Shown: positions 1-9,954 of the stretch, one piece after another
Numbering within the stretch: the stretch's first letter is position 1
Layout: each line of letters begins with the position of its first letter
From: Candidatus Ozemobacteraceae bacterium
GTDB lineage: Bacteria; Muiribacteriota; Ozemobacteria; Ozemobacterales; Ozemobacteraceae
Reading direction: 5' to 3'
Assembly: GCA_965140445.1 (NCBI GenBank)
Contig: OZ223236.1
Location: 1,440,001-1,504,000 of the forward strand
DNA length: 64,000 nt
Notes under the pieces: generated by a model
The model's input: the letters and a program-made list of their open reading frames with translations, nothing else
The model's database searches: none
Told to the model about the DNA's origin: nothing
Made by a program: the position numbers and the translations under genes

Positions 1-1200
1 TGCACAACCAAGATTTACTAATCTGCCTTCTGCAAGAACGTAAATTTCATGTCCATCTTCATATGTGTATTTATCAACCTGAGGTTTGATATTGAGCTTT
101 TTGATTCCAGGTGTTTTTTCAATTTTTGCCATCTGAATTTCATTGTCAAAATGTCCAATGTTACACACGATAGCCTGATCTTTCATTTTCAGGCAGTGCT
201 CAGCTGTGATAATGTCTTTGTTACCTGTAGTTGTAACGTAGATGTCTGCTTTTCCAAGACTATCTTCAACTGTTGTAACTTCAAAACCTTCCATTGCAGC
301 CTGGAGGGCGCAGATTGGATCGATTTCAGTTACGATTACGCGAGCACCAAAGTTGCGAAGGCTCTGGGCGCAGCCTTTTCCAACATCGCCATAACCACAT
401 ACAACAGCAACTTTACCAGCTACCATTACATCAGTGGCTCTTTTGATACCATCAGCAAGACTTTCGCGACATCCGTAAAGGTTGTCAAATTTTGATTTAG
501 TTACTGAGTCATTTACATTGATGGCTGGGAAAAGAAGAGTATTGTTTTCCATCATCTTATAAAGTCTGTGAACGCCAGTAGTTGTTTCTTCACTAACGCC
601 TTTAATTTTCTTTGCAACGTTTGTCCATTTTTGAGGTTCAGATTTTAGAGTTTCTTTAAGAATTGAAAGAAGTTCCATTTCATCTTCGCCTTCTACTGTT
701 CTATCAAGAACAGAAGCGTCTTTTTCTGCATCAACGCCGATGTGAATCATCATAGTTGCATCGCCGCCGTCATCTACGATCAAATCCGGACCCTGTCCAT
801 CAGGCCAGATTAACGCTTCTCTAGTGCACCACCAATATTCTTTAAGTGTTTCGCCTTTCCATGCAAAAACTGGGATTCCACGTTTTGCAATTGCAGCAGC
901 AGCGCTATCTTGAGTTGAGAAAATATTGCAGCTTGCCCATCTTACATCAGCGCCTAAATCGGCTAAAGTTTCGATGAGAACAGCAGTCTGAACCGTCATG
1001 TGAAGAGAACCCATGATTCTGGCACCTTTGAGAGGCTGTTTTTCAGCATACTTTGCACGAACTGACATTAAGCCAGGCATTTCGTGTTCAGCTATTTCAA
1101 TTTCTTTTCTTCCAAGCTGCCAAAGATCAATATCTTTTACTTTATAAGGCAATCTATCTGTAGTCGTCATGGTTTCTTTCTCCATTGCTGTTTGGTTCAT
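1..1200 (-). CDS. ahcY: Adenosylhomocysteinase (3' end runs off the window)
   Basis: Manual translation from ATG at 1200 (SD GGAGA): [45 protein letters not shown]...[21 protein letters not shown]...[13 protein letters not shown]...VFAWKGET...DDGGD...[10 protein letters not shown]. These are canonical SAHH motifs. Missing from the ORF track because no stop is in the window. Confidence 0.97.
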   Translation of the reverse strand, partial: MNQTAMEKETMTTTDRLPYKVKDIDLWQLGRKEIEIAEHEMPGLMSVRAKYAEKQPLKGARIMGSLHMTVQTAVLIETLADLGADVRWASCNIFSTQDSAAAAIAKRGIPVFAWKGETLKEYWWCTREALIWPDGQGPDLIVDDGGDATMMIHIGVDAEKDASVLDRTVEGEDEMELLSILKETLKSEPQKWTNVAKKIKGVSEETTTGVHRLYKMMENNTLLFPAINVNDSVTKSKFDNLYGCRESLADGIKRATDVMVAGKVAVVCGYGDVGKGCAQSLRNFGARVIVTEIDPICALQAAMEGFEVTTVEDSLGKADIYVTTTGNKDIITAEHCLKMKDQAIVCNIGHFDNEIQMAKIEKTPGIKKLNIKPQVDKYTYEDGHEIYVLAEGRLVNLGCA

Positions 1201-1259
1201 TAAATTTCTCCTTAAAACAAAATCCTAACTTAATTAAGAATTTTCAAAATCAGGCTGTT

Positions 1260-1288
1260 ATTATCGCATTAGATAGGCTAAAAGTCAA
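1260..1288 (-). promoter_or_regulatory. Putative sigma70 promoter of ahcY
   Basis: TTGACT-17 nt-GATAAT on the minus strand, about 60 nt upstream of the ATG. Confidence 0.55.
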
Positions 1289-1440
1289 ATTGGGCAATGT
1301 ACCGTATAAACGCTCAATCACTAGTTTTAAAAGTTATAAAAAAAACAGAGCAATACTCAAAAAAACGCGTAAGATCATCAGGACAAAACCTTAAGAGCAT
1401 GATAGGCTTATGGTTATCTAATAAAAGGAACTCACCCGCA

Positions 1441-2370
1441 ATGAAAATAATGAATAGCTCGCAAGTAAAAATAGCCTTGGAATTTACCAGTAAAAACTGC
1501 AGGGCCCTTGAGTATAAAAGGATGCAAAAACTTGTTGGTCAGGCAGATTCAATTTCATTGGTTGAAGAGCTTTCAAGATTTCAGAATTCTGATGGCGGGT
1601 TTGGAAAAGGCATAGAACCTGATTTTTGGCTTCCAGAGTCATCGCCAATGGCTACAACTGTTGCTTTCCAAATTATGGATGAAATTAGGTGGGAGAACTG
1701 CTACGAATTGTATGAAAAGGGATTGGCCTACTTTGAGCATTCCTATGACAAAAATGCTCAAAGATGGTGGGCGGTTCCTGGAGAGGTTAATGATTTTCCT
1801 CATGCTCCATGGTGGCACTTTGACGAAAATATTGGCAGGACTGTAATTGATAATTCTTTGGGAAACCCAGGTGCAGAAATTGTTGCTTATTTAATCCGGC
1901 ACTACTCTTTTGTTAAGAATATTGATCTTGGCTCAATTGTTGATAGCCTTATCAGTAATCTTGAATCATCTGACTCCGAATCTGAGCATGAAATTTACTG
2001 TTATCTTAAACTATTTGAGCAGTTGGATATTGTTGGAAAACAAAAACTTTTTCCTTGTCTTGAAAGCTCTGTCAGAAAACTTATGGTAACAGATTCCAGT
2101 AAATGGAATGGATATGTACCAATGCCAACAGATTTTATTCAAAGTCCTGATTCTGATCTTTTCAAGCTATTTGAAGTCCAAACAGAAGCGGCATTAGATT
2201 TTATAGTGGATAGTTTTTCTGAAACTAAGCTCTGGGAACCGGCATGGACCTGGGGGCAGTTTAATTCTGAGTGGGAAATTGCTAAAAAGCATTGGATCGG
2301 TGTTCTCGCAGTTAAAAATATGAGAATTCTCAAAAACTTTGGAAGGCTTGAGCTTGGAATTAGCAAGTAA
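1441..2370 (+). CDS. Hypothetical protein with prenyltransferase/squalene-cyclase-like (alpha/alpha barrel) repeat motif
   Basis: FQNSDGGFGKGIEPDFWLPESSPMAT and PHAPWW motifs. Start placed at ATG 1441 after AAGGA rather than at the ORF-track start 1297. Confidence 0.6.
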   Translation: MKIMNSSQVKIALEFTSKNCRALEYKRMQKLVGQADSISLVEELSRFQNSDGGFGKGIEPDFWLPESSPMATTVAFQIMDEIRWENCYELYEKGLAYFEHSYDKNAQRWWAVPGEVNDFPHAPWWHFDENIGRTVIDNSLGNPGAEIVAYLIRHYSFVKNIDLGSIVDSLISNLESSDSESEHEIYCYLKLFEQLDIVGKQKLFPCLESSVRKLMVTDSSKWNGYVPMPTDFIQSPDSDLFKLFEVQTEAALDFIVDSFSETKLWEPAWTWGQFNSEWEIAKKHWIGVLAVKNMRILKNFGRLELGISK

Positions 2371-2386
2371 ACCAGGTTCAGGGTAT

Positions 2387-3688
2387 TTATCTGAAATTTG
2401 GTAAAGCCCTGTTAGTGTTAAAGACTATTTCCTCTTGCAAATTCCATTTTTCAACAGCGGTCTTAAGTCTGTAATATCTCTTGGAAAAATACCAATCCTG
2501 ATCATTTACTACTTTAAAGATCAGAATTTGCTGGAAAGCTTTCAGAAGAGAGACAAAAGCTTTTCGATCTTCTGATGGGTATTTATCAATTTTTTTCAAA
2601 ACCATATCAAAGGTTTTAAACTTATCTTTGTCAAACTCTGCACCAACTACTTTAAGTATGCTTTTATTATGTTTGTCGATTTTTGCTGCACAGGTCAGAT
2701 CAGATCTATTTTCGTTGAGGATAAAATAGTATTTTTTTATTAATCGAAGGTGGTTATAAACGGGCATTTTTACCGTTGCCTGGAAAATAATAGTCTTGGT
2801 TATCATTCGACTAATTTTGCTGCCAAGATATGCGCCAACAACAGAACCAACTCCTGGGCATATTGCGCTTCCAACTGTAGCGCCAAGGGAAGCTCCATAA
2901 AGGCTCACTACGCTGGTGGCAGAGCTTTTTAAGATTGACATTGCCAGAAAGGTAAATACTGAACCGTCTTTTAACGAATTTTTAACTAATTTTGTGACTT
3001 CTTCGTTTTGGCTGGCTGAGTGAATAATTTCTGCTCCCGCAGTTGATAGAGCTACTGTTGAAAAATGTAACAAAGTGTCTGAAATTGCTTCGCTTATTAA
3101 ACCAACATCCAGCCCTTGTAAAAACTCCTTAAGGAGTTCTGCTGCCGGACTTAGTGCAGCTGTTGCTGCCAGATTAGGCACTGATTTTGCAAGCTCATAA
3201 ACCAGCTGATCCATGGAAACTACGATTGCGCCATTGAAGGAAAAGGTCAGATGGCGTCTCTTTTTAGAAATATTTTCTACCGTAAGGTCTAATGAAACAA
3301 CATCTTCGCAACTTATCTGGTAGAAGGGACTTTTTAATCTTTCAGGCAGTTTCCCGCCAAACATGCCTGTTCCATGAAAGCTGATGAAATACCTGCGTAT
3401 TTTCTGATCATAAAAATGGCTATCGACTTTTAAATTGAGGGTTTTGGTTTTATCTAACTTATCGAAAAGGCATAGACAAACCTTATCGAGGCTTTCTGCG
3501 ACTTTGATAAGAGCTTTGCTTGTTTTTTGAGAAAAGGTTGTTCTGACTTTGTCTGCATTCTCTGAAGAACTGCTGAAAAGCCCTGCAGAAGCTACCGTAG
3601 AAAACAGGAGCGCAAACAAAATCGAAATAGCAATTGCTTTCGATTTTATGAACCCATGTCTAAAAATATTTTTCATTTGCTTACTCAT
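2387..3688 (-). CDS. Exported hypothetical protein with glycine-zipper segment
   Basis: 433 aa ORF, N-terminal signal-like stretch (AIAISILFALLFSTVASA), and GASLGATVGSAICPGVGSVVGAYLG. Confidence 0.6.
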   Translation of the reverse strand: MSKQMKNIFRHGFIKSKAIAISILFALLFSTVASAGLFSSSSENADKVRTTFSQKTSKALIKVAESLDKVCLCLFDKLDKTKTLNLKVDSHFYDQKIRRYFISFHGTGMFGGKLPERLKSPFYQISCEDVVSLDLTVENISKKRRHLTFSFNGAIVVSMDQLVYELAKSVPNLAATAALSPAAELLKEFLQGLDVGLISEAISDTLLHFSTVALSTAGAEIIHSASQNEEVTKLVKNSLKDGSVFTFLAMSILKSSATSVVSLYGASLGATVGSAICPGVGSVVGAYLGSKISRMITKTIIFQATVKMPVYNHLRLIKKYYFILNENRSDLTCAAKIDKHNKSILKVVGAEFDKDKFKTFDMVLKKIDKYPSEDRKAFVSLLKAFQQILIFKVVNDQDWYFSKRYYRLKTAVEKWNLQEEIVFNTNRALPNFR

Positions 3689-3815
3689 TGTTTTTGATTG
3701 TACACAAAATTTTTCAAAATCGGAAGGGATTCAATTAATTGACTTTTACCATAAGAACGGTAGATTCTTACCAAAAATTATTGTTTTTAGTTTATACTAA
3801 CTTTACCAGAATATA

Positions 3816-6713
3816 GTGGCGAGAGAGAATATGGATAGTCAGATCACTAATGCAATGCCGGAGCATCTTGAGCTGAATGAGTGGATTCAGCTATGTCTGG
3901 ACTCTGAAAACGAGGTTCTTAGGCAAATTGCATTGGAAGAATTGTCTGCAACCGGTATTCCTCCTTATCTAAATCAAAAACTGAGAGAAATGTCTGGTCG
4001 AGACCCTTCTTCAGTATGTAGGCAGTTGGCCGGATGGGTTTGCGGGCTTGACGAAGCCAGAGCAACCTTAAGAAGCCAGATTCGAAAACTTGAGCTAAGT
4101 CCTGCAAACATTCAAATGTTATTAGATGGGGCAGAACCCGCTACTGCTTCGGCTTTAACTCAATTTTTGAGAAAGTCACCTTCCGAGGAAACTTTGGCTA
4201 CATGGCGTTCTCATTTATTAAGTGAGAGCAATTCCCGCATTTTACAGATTGGTTTAACCATTTTAGGAAAGTTTGGACAAGAGTCTGATTTTGAGCTGGC
4301 AGAAAAATTTCTTTTGCATTCTGATCAAGAGGTTGTTTGTGCCGCGCTTGGTTTATTGCAGCAACAGAATGTTGAAGCATTTAAGAGAAACCTCAGAGCT
4401 GGATTGACTTCTAAATCGTTTAAAATTCAATTGCATGCGGTTCATTTACTTCGGATTATTGATGTTGACGAAGCAATAAAATATATTTGTGCTTTTTTAT
4501 CGCACAAGAACCCTTTGATTCGGCAAAGAGCTCTAAGAGAGCTTGTCTTAGTGCCTTTTGATAAAATTTCTCACATTTTAATTCAATACCTCAGTGCGGA
4601 AACCAACCCCTTATTGCTTATAAAAGCAGGGTTTTTGGTTGCTTTTAATCCTGTCCCTGATTTTCCATTAAAACTTTATGACATTTTAAATCTTGCCAGA
4701 GACAGCAAAAAACACATTTTGCAGCTAATTCTAAAACAAAATATTGAAGCTGTAACTTCTGCTGGAATCATCAAAATGACCAGAGATGAGTATCTGGCTT
4801 ACTTGCAGCAAAAATTAAACGTTCGACGATCCGAAATGACCATCAGATGCGCAGCAAAAGATTTGGCCAGCACTGATGAATCTATAAGATCGGTTGCAGT
4901 AGAGAAGCTTGTTCCTTTTGTTGGTTTTCAATCGGTTAGAACTGCCCTGGAAAATCATCTTAAAACTGAAAAATCTGAAGAAATAGTTAGCGCACTCGAA
5001 GTTGCCTTAGGCATTTCCACAGAGAAAACAGAAAATAATTCCAAAACTTTTAATATTAAAGACGCTGACTCTATTGACCTGTTCTTAAAATGTTCAGTGA
5101 AGGAGCAAAAATCCTTTATTAAAAATATTAAGAGTTTTGAACAATTCACAGAAGGAAAGATCTTTCTCCTTGAAATTCTGCAATCTGAAGCAAAAAAGCC
5201 GGTTATGCTTGAGGTTTTAAGATGCTTTTCCAGCTATGGCACCCGTTTAGATACGCATTTTGTCCTAAAATTTCTTGAGTCTAACGATCCATCTATTGCT
5301 GCTGCAACCATTAAAGCCATTGGAAACTTTGATCTAGATGCCATTTTGCCTAAACTCAATCTGCTTTTGGCCAATGATGATCCCCGGGTTAAGTCATCGG
5401 CTCTGGAAGTCTATGTTCAAGCAGATAAGGAAGGAGCTGTCCAGTATCTGTCTTCAATGCTTAAATCGACTTCCTTAGCAAATAGAAGACTTGGTTTGTC
5501 TTTGCTCCCGCAGCTTGATTATCCTTCTGCGGAGCCATTACTTTGGAATTTGTTAAAATATGAAGCGAATGGCGAATTAAAGCAGCAAGCTGGATATATG
5601 GTAGCGGCAAACCCTACATATGAAGGCGTTAAGAGGCTTTTTAATATTTCTCATAAAAAAGATGCTTCTATAAAGCCGGGGTATGAAGAAATTTGGAGCG
5701 TGGCAAAACTTTCAGCTGAATCAGTCTTTGATATGAGCGCGGAAGAAATTGAAAAAGATTTGATTAATCATCATTTAGCTTTACAGGAAGCGCCCAAAGA
5801 AGACAAATCCGCCTATTCATTCAGCAGTGTTGTTGGAGAGTCTGGTTTGCCAGCCGCAACTACAGAGGATGCCGACGAGCCTGAGTTCACAGAAAAGCTC
5901 TACATGAATTTCGTGGAAAATAAGTCGCTATGGTTTGGTGCTGTTTTAATCATTTTTCCTTTGATATACATGGTTGTTTTTCAATCCTCAGAAAGACCAG
6001 GGAAAAGCACTGCAAGAGGTCGCCTTGGCAACGTTTCTGCGGCCAAATTTTATAAGAATTCCAAGACAGAGTCGGTCAAAACTCAGGTCGGAGGGGCTGA
6101 TTGGAAGGGTACTCTCAAGTCTGGTGCTCGTGAGCTGCTCTCAGGTTCAGCTTATTCTGCAGCTATTAGATCAGGATTTCAAGAGTGCGAAGACATTAGA
6201 GAAGATTATGATCAGAATCTTCGACAATATTATATGGATTTGGCTAATAATCCAAATGAGCCAGAGGAAGCCAGACAGCTTGCTGAGGCCAATTTGAACC
6301 CATATTTTGCAAAAGGAATGCGAGCGTGGGAGGAAAAAAGTATTTCGGAAGCAGAGCTGAATTTTGAAAAGGCTATTGATGATCCAGCTTTAAACACGGT
6401 TGGAAAATGTTTTGTTCTACAAAAACTTGCAGAAATGGCAGAAAACAAAAAGGACAAAGTTAAGTGGATTAAATGGCAGGATCGCTTGATGAAAGAACTA
6501 AAGAAAATGCCCGGATACGAAAATATTAGTGGCTTCGATAATTTTGCCAAAACCTATGGCAAGTTGATGGAAGTCGGGCAATATGTATCTCACGGCGGTG
6601 ATAAAGAGGGAATTGTAAGCTATTTAAAAGAACGTGGAGAAAGTGAATTCTCTGCAAGGCAGAGTATCGAATCTCTAAAAAAGATGGATAATATCTTTGA
6701 TCAGAAAAAGTAA
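3816..6713 (+). CDS. HEAT-repeat protein with one TM helix and C-terminal TPR-like domain
   Basis: Repeated HEAT-like units (DSENEVLRQIALEEL, SHKNPLIRQRALREL, NDDPRVKSSALEVY), TM LWFGAVLIIFPLIYMVVF, helical C-terminus. Confidence 0.75.
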   Translation: MARENMDSQITNAMPEHLELNEWIQLCLDSENEVLRQIALEELSATGIPPYLNQKLREMSGRDPSSVCRQLAGWVCGLDEARATLRSQIRKLELSPANIQMLLDGAEPATASALTQFLRKSPSEETLATWRSHLLSESNSRILQIGLTILGKFGQESDFELAEKFLLHSDQEVVCAALGLLQQQNVEAFKRNLRAGLTSKSFKIQLHAVHLLRIIDVDEAIKYICAFLSHKNPLIRQRALRELVLVPFDKISHILIQYLSAETNPLLLIKAGFLVAFNPVPDFPLKLYDILNLARDSKKHILQLILKQNIEAVTSAGIIKMTRDEYLAYLQQKLNVRRSEMTIRCAAKDLASTDESIRSVAVEKLVPFVGFQSVRTALENHLKTEKSEEIVSALEVALGISTEKTENNSKTFNIKDADSIDLFLKCSVKEQKSFIKNIKSFEQFTEGKIFLLEILQSEAKKPVMLEVLRCFSSYGTRLDTHFVLKFLESNDPSIAAATIKAIGNFDLDAILPKLNLLLANDDPRVKSSALEVYVQADKEGAVQYLSSMLKSTSLANRRLGLSLLPQLDYPSAEPLLWNLLKYEANGELKQQAGYMVAANPTYEGVKRLFNISHKKDASIKPGYEEIWSVAKLSAESVFDMSAEEIEKDLINHHLALQEAPKEDKSAYSFSSVVGESGLPAATTEDADEPEFTEKLYMNFVENKSLWFGAVLIIFPLIYMVVFQSSERPGKSTARGRLGNVSAAKFYKNSKTESVKTQVGGADWKGTLKSGARELLSGSAYSAAIRSGFQECEDIREDYDQNLRQYYMDLANNPNEPEEARQLAEANLNPYFAKGMRAWEEKSISEAELNFEKAIDDPALNTVGKCFVLQKLAEMAENKKDKVKWIKWQDRLMKELKKMPGYENISGFDNFAKTYGKLMEVGQYVSHGGDKEGIVSYLKERGESEFSARQSIESLKKMDNIFDQKK

Positions 6714-6829
6714 GACTTTGTTTTTCTAATCGAAGCCGAAAATTTTTATTATATCCATACAACGTTTTGCCTATGTTTTTCGTATTTCTATTAGAAGGAA
6801 AATCGCGCGCTGTATTGTGTACTTAGAAT

Positions 6830-6858
6830 TTGGATTTTATGTTCCTATGTTTTATAAT
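6830..6858 (+). promoter_or_regulatory. Putative sigma70 promoter of the pilin trio
   Basis: TTGGAT-17 nt-TATAAT, followed by SD GGAGAG and TTG start at 6895. Confidence 0.5.
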
Positions 6859-6894
6859 TAGTAAAGCTTTATAGAGCAGGACTGGAGAGTAATT

Positions 6895-9447
6895 TTGAAA
6901 AATAGAAATCGCAGGAAGAGTGGCTCGGCTTATCTAATGGCCCTTGGGGTCCTTGCTGTATTAGTTGTCATAGGCCTGGCATTGTCTCAAATGACGACTT
7001 CCGGTCGTTGGAGCACAATTTTCTCAAGTAATGAAAAACGTGCAGAGGAATGTGCAGAGTCTGCCGCTAACCTGACTTTCAAAGTTGTAAAAGACAACAT
7101 GAATGATTATAGCGCTTTCTGGAAACTCTTCAAAAGTCCGGATAAGCTTTTGAAAAGCTGGTTCATGTATTTTAGATTGCCTGCACCGGTTGCAGGCGCT
7201 TACGTTGATCCGATAAGTTTTGAAAACGCCAAAGAGAATGGTGTGGATGTTCAGCTTGATCTTTTTAACAGCACAATTTTTAAACCCCTTTATGAAAAAG
7301 GGATTGTTTATATGTATGACACCATTTCTCCAGATCCGGAGGCTCCTCTTGCACCTCTAAAAGGCATGTTTGAAGCTCTGGGAGGTCGAGTAAGAATTAC
7401 CTGCACAGCAAGAATAAAAAATGCTTTTGCTATTCTTGCTGATAACCCCGATTACGTGGTCGGTGGTGTTGAAGTGCCGCTTAGAAAGGTTACAGGTTTT
7501 CTTGGAAATCTTTACGACAAAATTAAAATTGGTGCTGCAGATGTAATTTCAGGAGACGATGACACGTCAGATCCGACCGGAGAGCAAGATTCCAGTTCTG
7601 CGGGTTTCCCAAATGTTGATATTGCAAAAATGCTTCCCAATGATCCATTATTAGAGGCTCCTGATATAAGTAAAATGACAATTACTGTGCAGGGAGTTCC
7701 CGTGCCGGTTGGAGCAATTCTGCAAGTTCCGTTGGACAAAATTTTCAAAAAAATTCAAACCCAGTTAGGGCTTACTCCTCAGAAAATTGCCAAAAAGGTT
7801 TTTGGTAGTGCGCTTCAGTTTGAAATAGACTTTGAGGGCATCAATAAAAGAATTGAAGAAGCTATTCAAAATTGTTTGCCCAAGTTTTTACAGGCATTTG
7901 CCGGAAACGCTTCATTCGATGTCACCGTAGAAAAGCAAGGCTTTTTTGAGGTTGTCACGGAAGTTGAATACACGCCGCAATATCCAAATGGGCCAACTAT
8001 CAAAAAGAAACTTATTATGCATCGTGAGTTCCGTGTTGCTGATATACAGCCTATTGCATCTGATTACACGTTCTTTGTCGCTAACTCCAAGTTGCTTTAT
8101 GAGAAATCATTAGAAAATTTTGATAATTGGCCTGGAAATGATCAGATAAAATGGAATGAAGGGATGGGAACGATCGTAATTCACAACATGCCTTCAATAA
8201 AAGAAATTTGGGATTCAATTAAGAACATATTTTCCCTTGATATAAAAGAATTGGCCCGGGATTTAAAGCTTCCAGGTCTGGTGAGGGTGAATGGAACCAA
8301 AGAAATGTTGCTCAAACTAACCATGTTTGAGAAGTTTCCGGTTGGTGCGGATGCGTTGGATGTATTTAAGAAAATGGAGATTGTTGCACTTCTTACTCCA
8401 CATAAAGATGGGAAAACTGCTTGTGCTGGCGATCACCCATCTGGTGGCGATAGGCATAATATTATACCGGGGCTGAAAAGTGTTTTATACAATTTCTGGG
8501 ACAAGGGTAAGCCTTTTGATTGGGGTTACTTTGGTGGCGGAGAGCCAGGAGCAATAGGAACTTACTGGTTACCAATTCCTCCAATGTTTGCTCGAACTCT
8601 GTTATTTGGTAATTTTCATCTTGAATTTCCTCTTTCGATGAGGGTTGAAGGGTATCTTAAGAAGGTTTATACCCATATTCGTTTACTTCTTGTTAAAATT
8701 TACATTCCACCGATCCCAATTATTGGTTTCCTTGGTATGGATATTCCGATTCCATGGTTTTGGGCTAAGGCTCATAAGGAACCATATGGCTTTTGCCAGT
8801 GGCCACCATACAAAAACGATGATGAGGGAAAGACGGCCTGGGATCCGACTAAAAGAGGAAATCTGCCTGCTAATGTTTATTCACCAACACAGTATCTAAA
8901 AAAAGCCAGTTACTTCTATGCCACCTCATCTGATTTCACAAAAGATATAGATAATCGAAGCATAATGTATAACGGTAAAAAGACTTTTATTTGTGATGGA
9001 ATTAGTTTTGTAAATGACAATCTTTGGCTGGACAAGCCTTTGCACGTTATGGGTAGAGGAATTATTGTAGCGGCTGCAAACGTTCATTTAAGCGCAGATA
9101 TAACCAGAGAAAACCAGGATGCAAATGGTAATAATACTTTATTTTCAATAGTTGCCAGAAATGGGGCAATTGTAAATCACTATGGAAAACACAATGTTTA
9201 CGCTTGCTTATTTGGTGATAAGGGCATCATGAATCCTATTGGAGCAAAGCTGACTGTTCATGGCAATCTTGTTGTGAATAGATTCAAGCGAAAAGATTGT
9301 CAGGGCGACCTGGACGTGTATTATGAATCTAATCATTGCAGAAGCTCTTTGCTTTCAATGATCAGACCAGTAGCCAAATGGGACCCGACAAGGTATTATG
9401 TGACCTTAAGCGCCCAGACTGCGCTATTTCAATTTGTTAAACAATAA
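6895..9447 (+). CDS. Large PilX/GspK-like minor pilin
   Basis: Basic leader RRKSG|SAYLMALGVLAVLVVIG (class III signal without E5), followed by A-x-x-x-AESA typical of PilX N-termini; 850 aa. Confidence 0.7.
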   Translation: MKNRNRRKSGSAYLMALGVLAVLVVIGLALSQMTTSGRWSTIFSSNEKRAEECAESAANLTFKVVKDNMNDYSAFWKLFKSPDKLLKSWFMYFRLPAPVAGAYVDPISFENAKENGVDVQLDLFNSTIFKPLYEKGIVYMYDTISPDPEAPLAPLKGMFEALGGRVRITCTARIKNAFAILADNPDYVVGGVEVPLRKVTGFLGNLYDKIKIGAADVISGDDDTSDPTGEQDSSSAGFPNVDIAKMLPNDPLLEAPDISKMTITVQGVPVPVGAILQVPLDKIFKKIQTQLGLTPQKIAKKVFGSALQFEIDFEGINKRIEEAIQNCLPKFLQAFAGNASFDVTVEKQGFFEVVTEVEYTPQYPNGPTIKKKLIMHREFRVADIQPIASDYTFFVANSKLLYEKSLENFDNWPGNDQIKWNEGMGTIVIHNMPSIKEIWDSIKNIFSLDIKELARDLKLPGLVRVNGTKEMLLKLTMFEKFPVGADALDVFKKMEIVALLTPHKDGKTACAGDHPSGGDRHNIIPGLKSVLYNFWDKGKPFDWGYFGGGEPGAIGTYWLPIPPMFARTLLFGNFHLEFPLSMRVEGYLKKVYTHIRLLLVKIYIPPIPIIGFLGMDIPIPWFWAKAHKEPYGFCQWPPYKNDDEGKTAWDPTKRGNLPANVYSPTQYLKKASYFYATSSDFTKDIDNRSIMYNGKKTFICDGISFVNDNLWLDKPLHVMGRGIIVAAANVHLSADITRENQDANGNNTLFSIVARNGAIVNHYGKHNVYACLFGDKGIMNPIGAKLTVHGNLVVNRFKRKDCQGDLDVYYESNHCRSSLLSMIRPVAKWDPTRYYVTLSAQTALFQFVKQ

Positions 9448-9469
9448 ACAGAGTAGGGAAGTTATTTAG

Positions 9470-9934
9470 ATGAACCGCACAAACAGAGCTGTAACACTTG
9501 TAGAAATTTCATTAGCCCTGACCATTCTGATAATTGCTATTGTTCCACTTATGCGTCTGTCTTCCGGGGATGCCGTGACCGCGATTGAAACTGAAAAAAT
9601 TCAAATTGCAGAAAGAATCCTGGAAAGTATTAAAAGCGAATTGATGGCAATGCCATTTAAACGTTTTTATGAACGAAGCGAAGCTGAGGGCGAGGATAAA
9701 GAAATTGCTGGCCCCTTTGAATTGTCTGATGGCTTCTATCCAATAAGCTTGGGAAAGGTTCTTGAAATTCAGAAAAAATATAAGGATTTCAAAGTTGAAG
9801 GAACCTGGAGCTATCTTAAAAAAGGTGAAAAAATAGATAAAACGATGGTTCAGGCCGATATTATATGTTCTTTCAGTAGAGCAAAGGTTTCTGATATCAA
9901 AAGAAACAAATCTTTTTTGATTGTTAAACCATGA
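9470..9934 (+). CDS. PilV/GspI-like minor pilin
   Basis: NRA|VTLVEISLALTILIIAIVP prepilin motif (Ala at -1, E5). Confidence 0.75.
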   Translation: MNRTNRAVTLVEISLALTILIIAIVPLMRLSSGDAVTAIETEKIQIAERILESIKSELMAMPFKRFYERSEAEGEDKEIAGPFELSDGFYPISLGKVLEIQKKYKDFKVEGTWSYLKKGEKIDKTMVQADIICSFSRAKVSDIKRNKSFLIVKP

Positions 9935-9954
9935 TTTTTCAGGAGGGACGGAAA

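Noticed and set aside
49..495. 148-aa plus-strand ORF
   Set aside because: Antisense shadow of ahcY
1201..1440. Possible SAH/SAM riboswitch upstream of ahcY
   Set aside because: The predicted leader is only about 50 nt, AT-rich, with no recognisable aptamer elements
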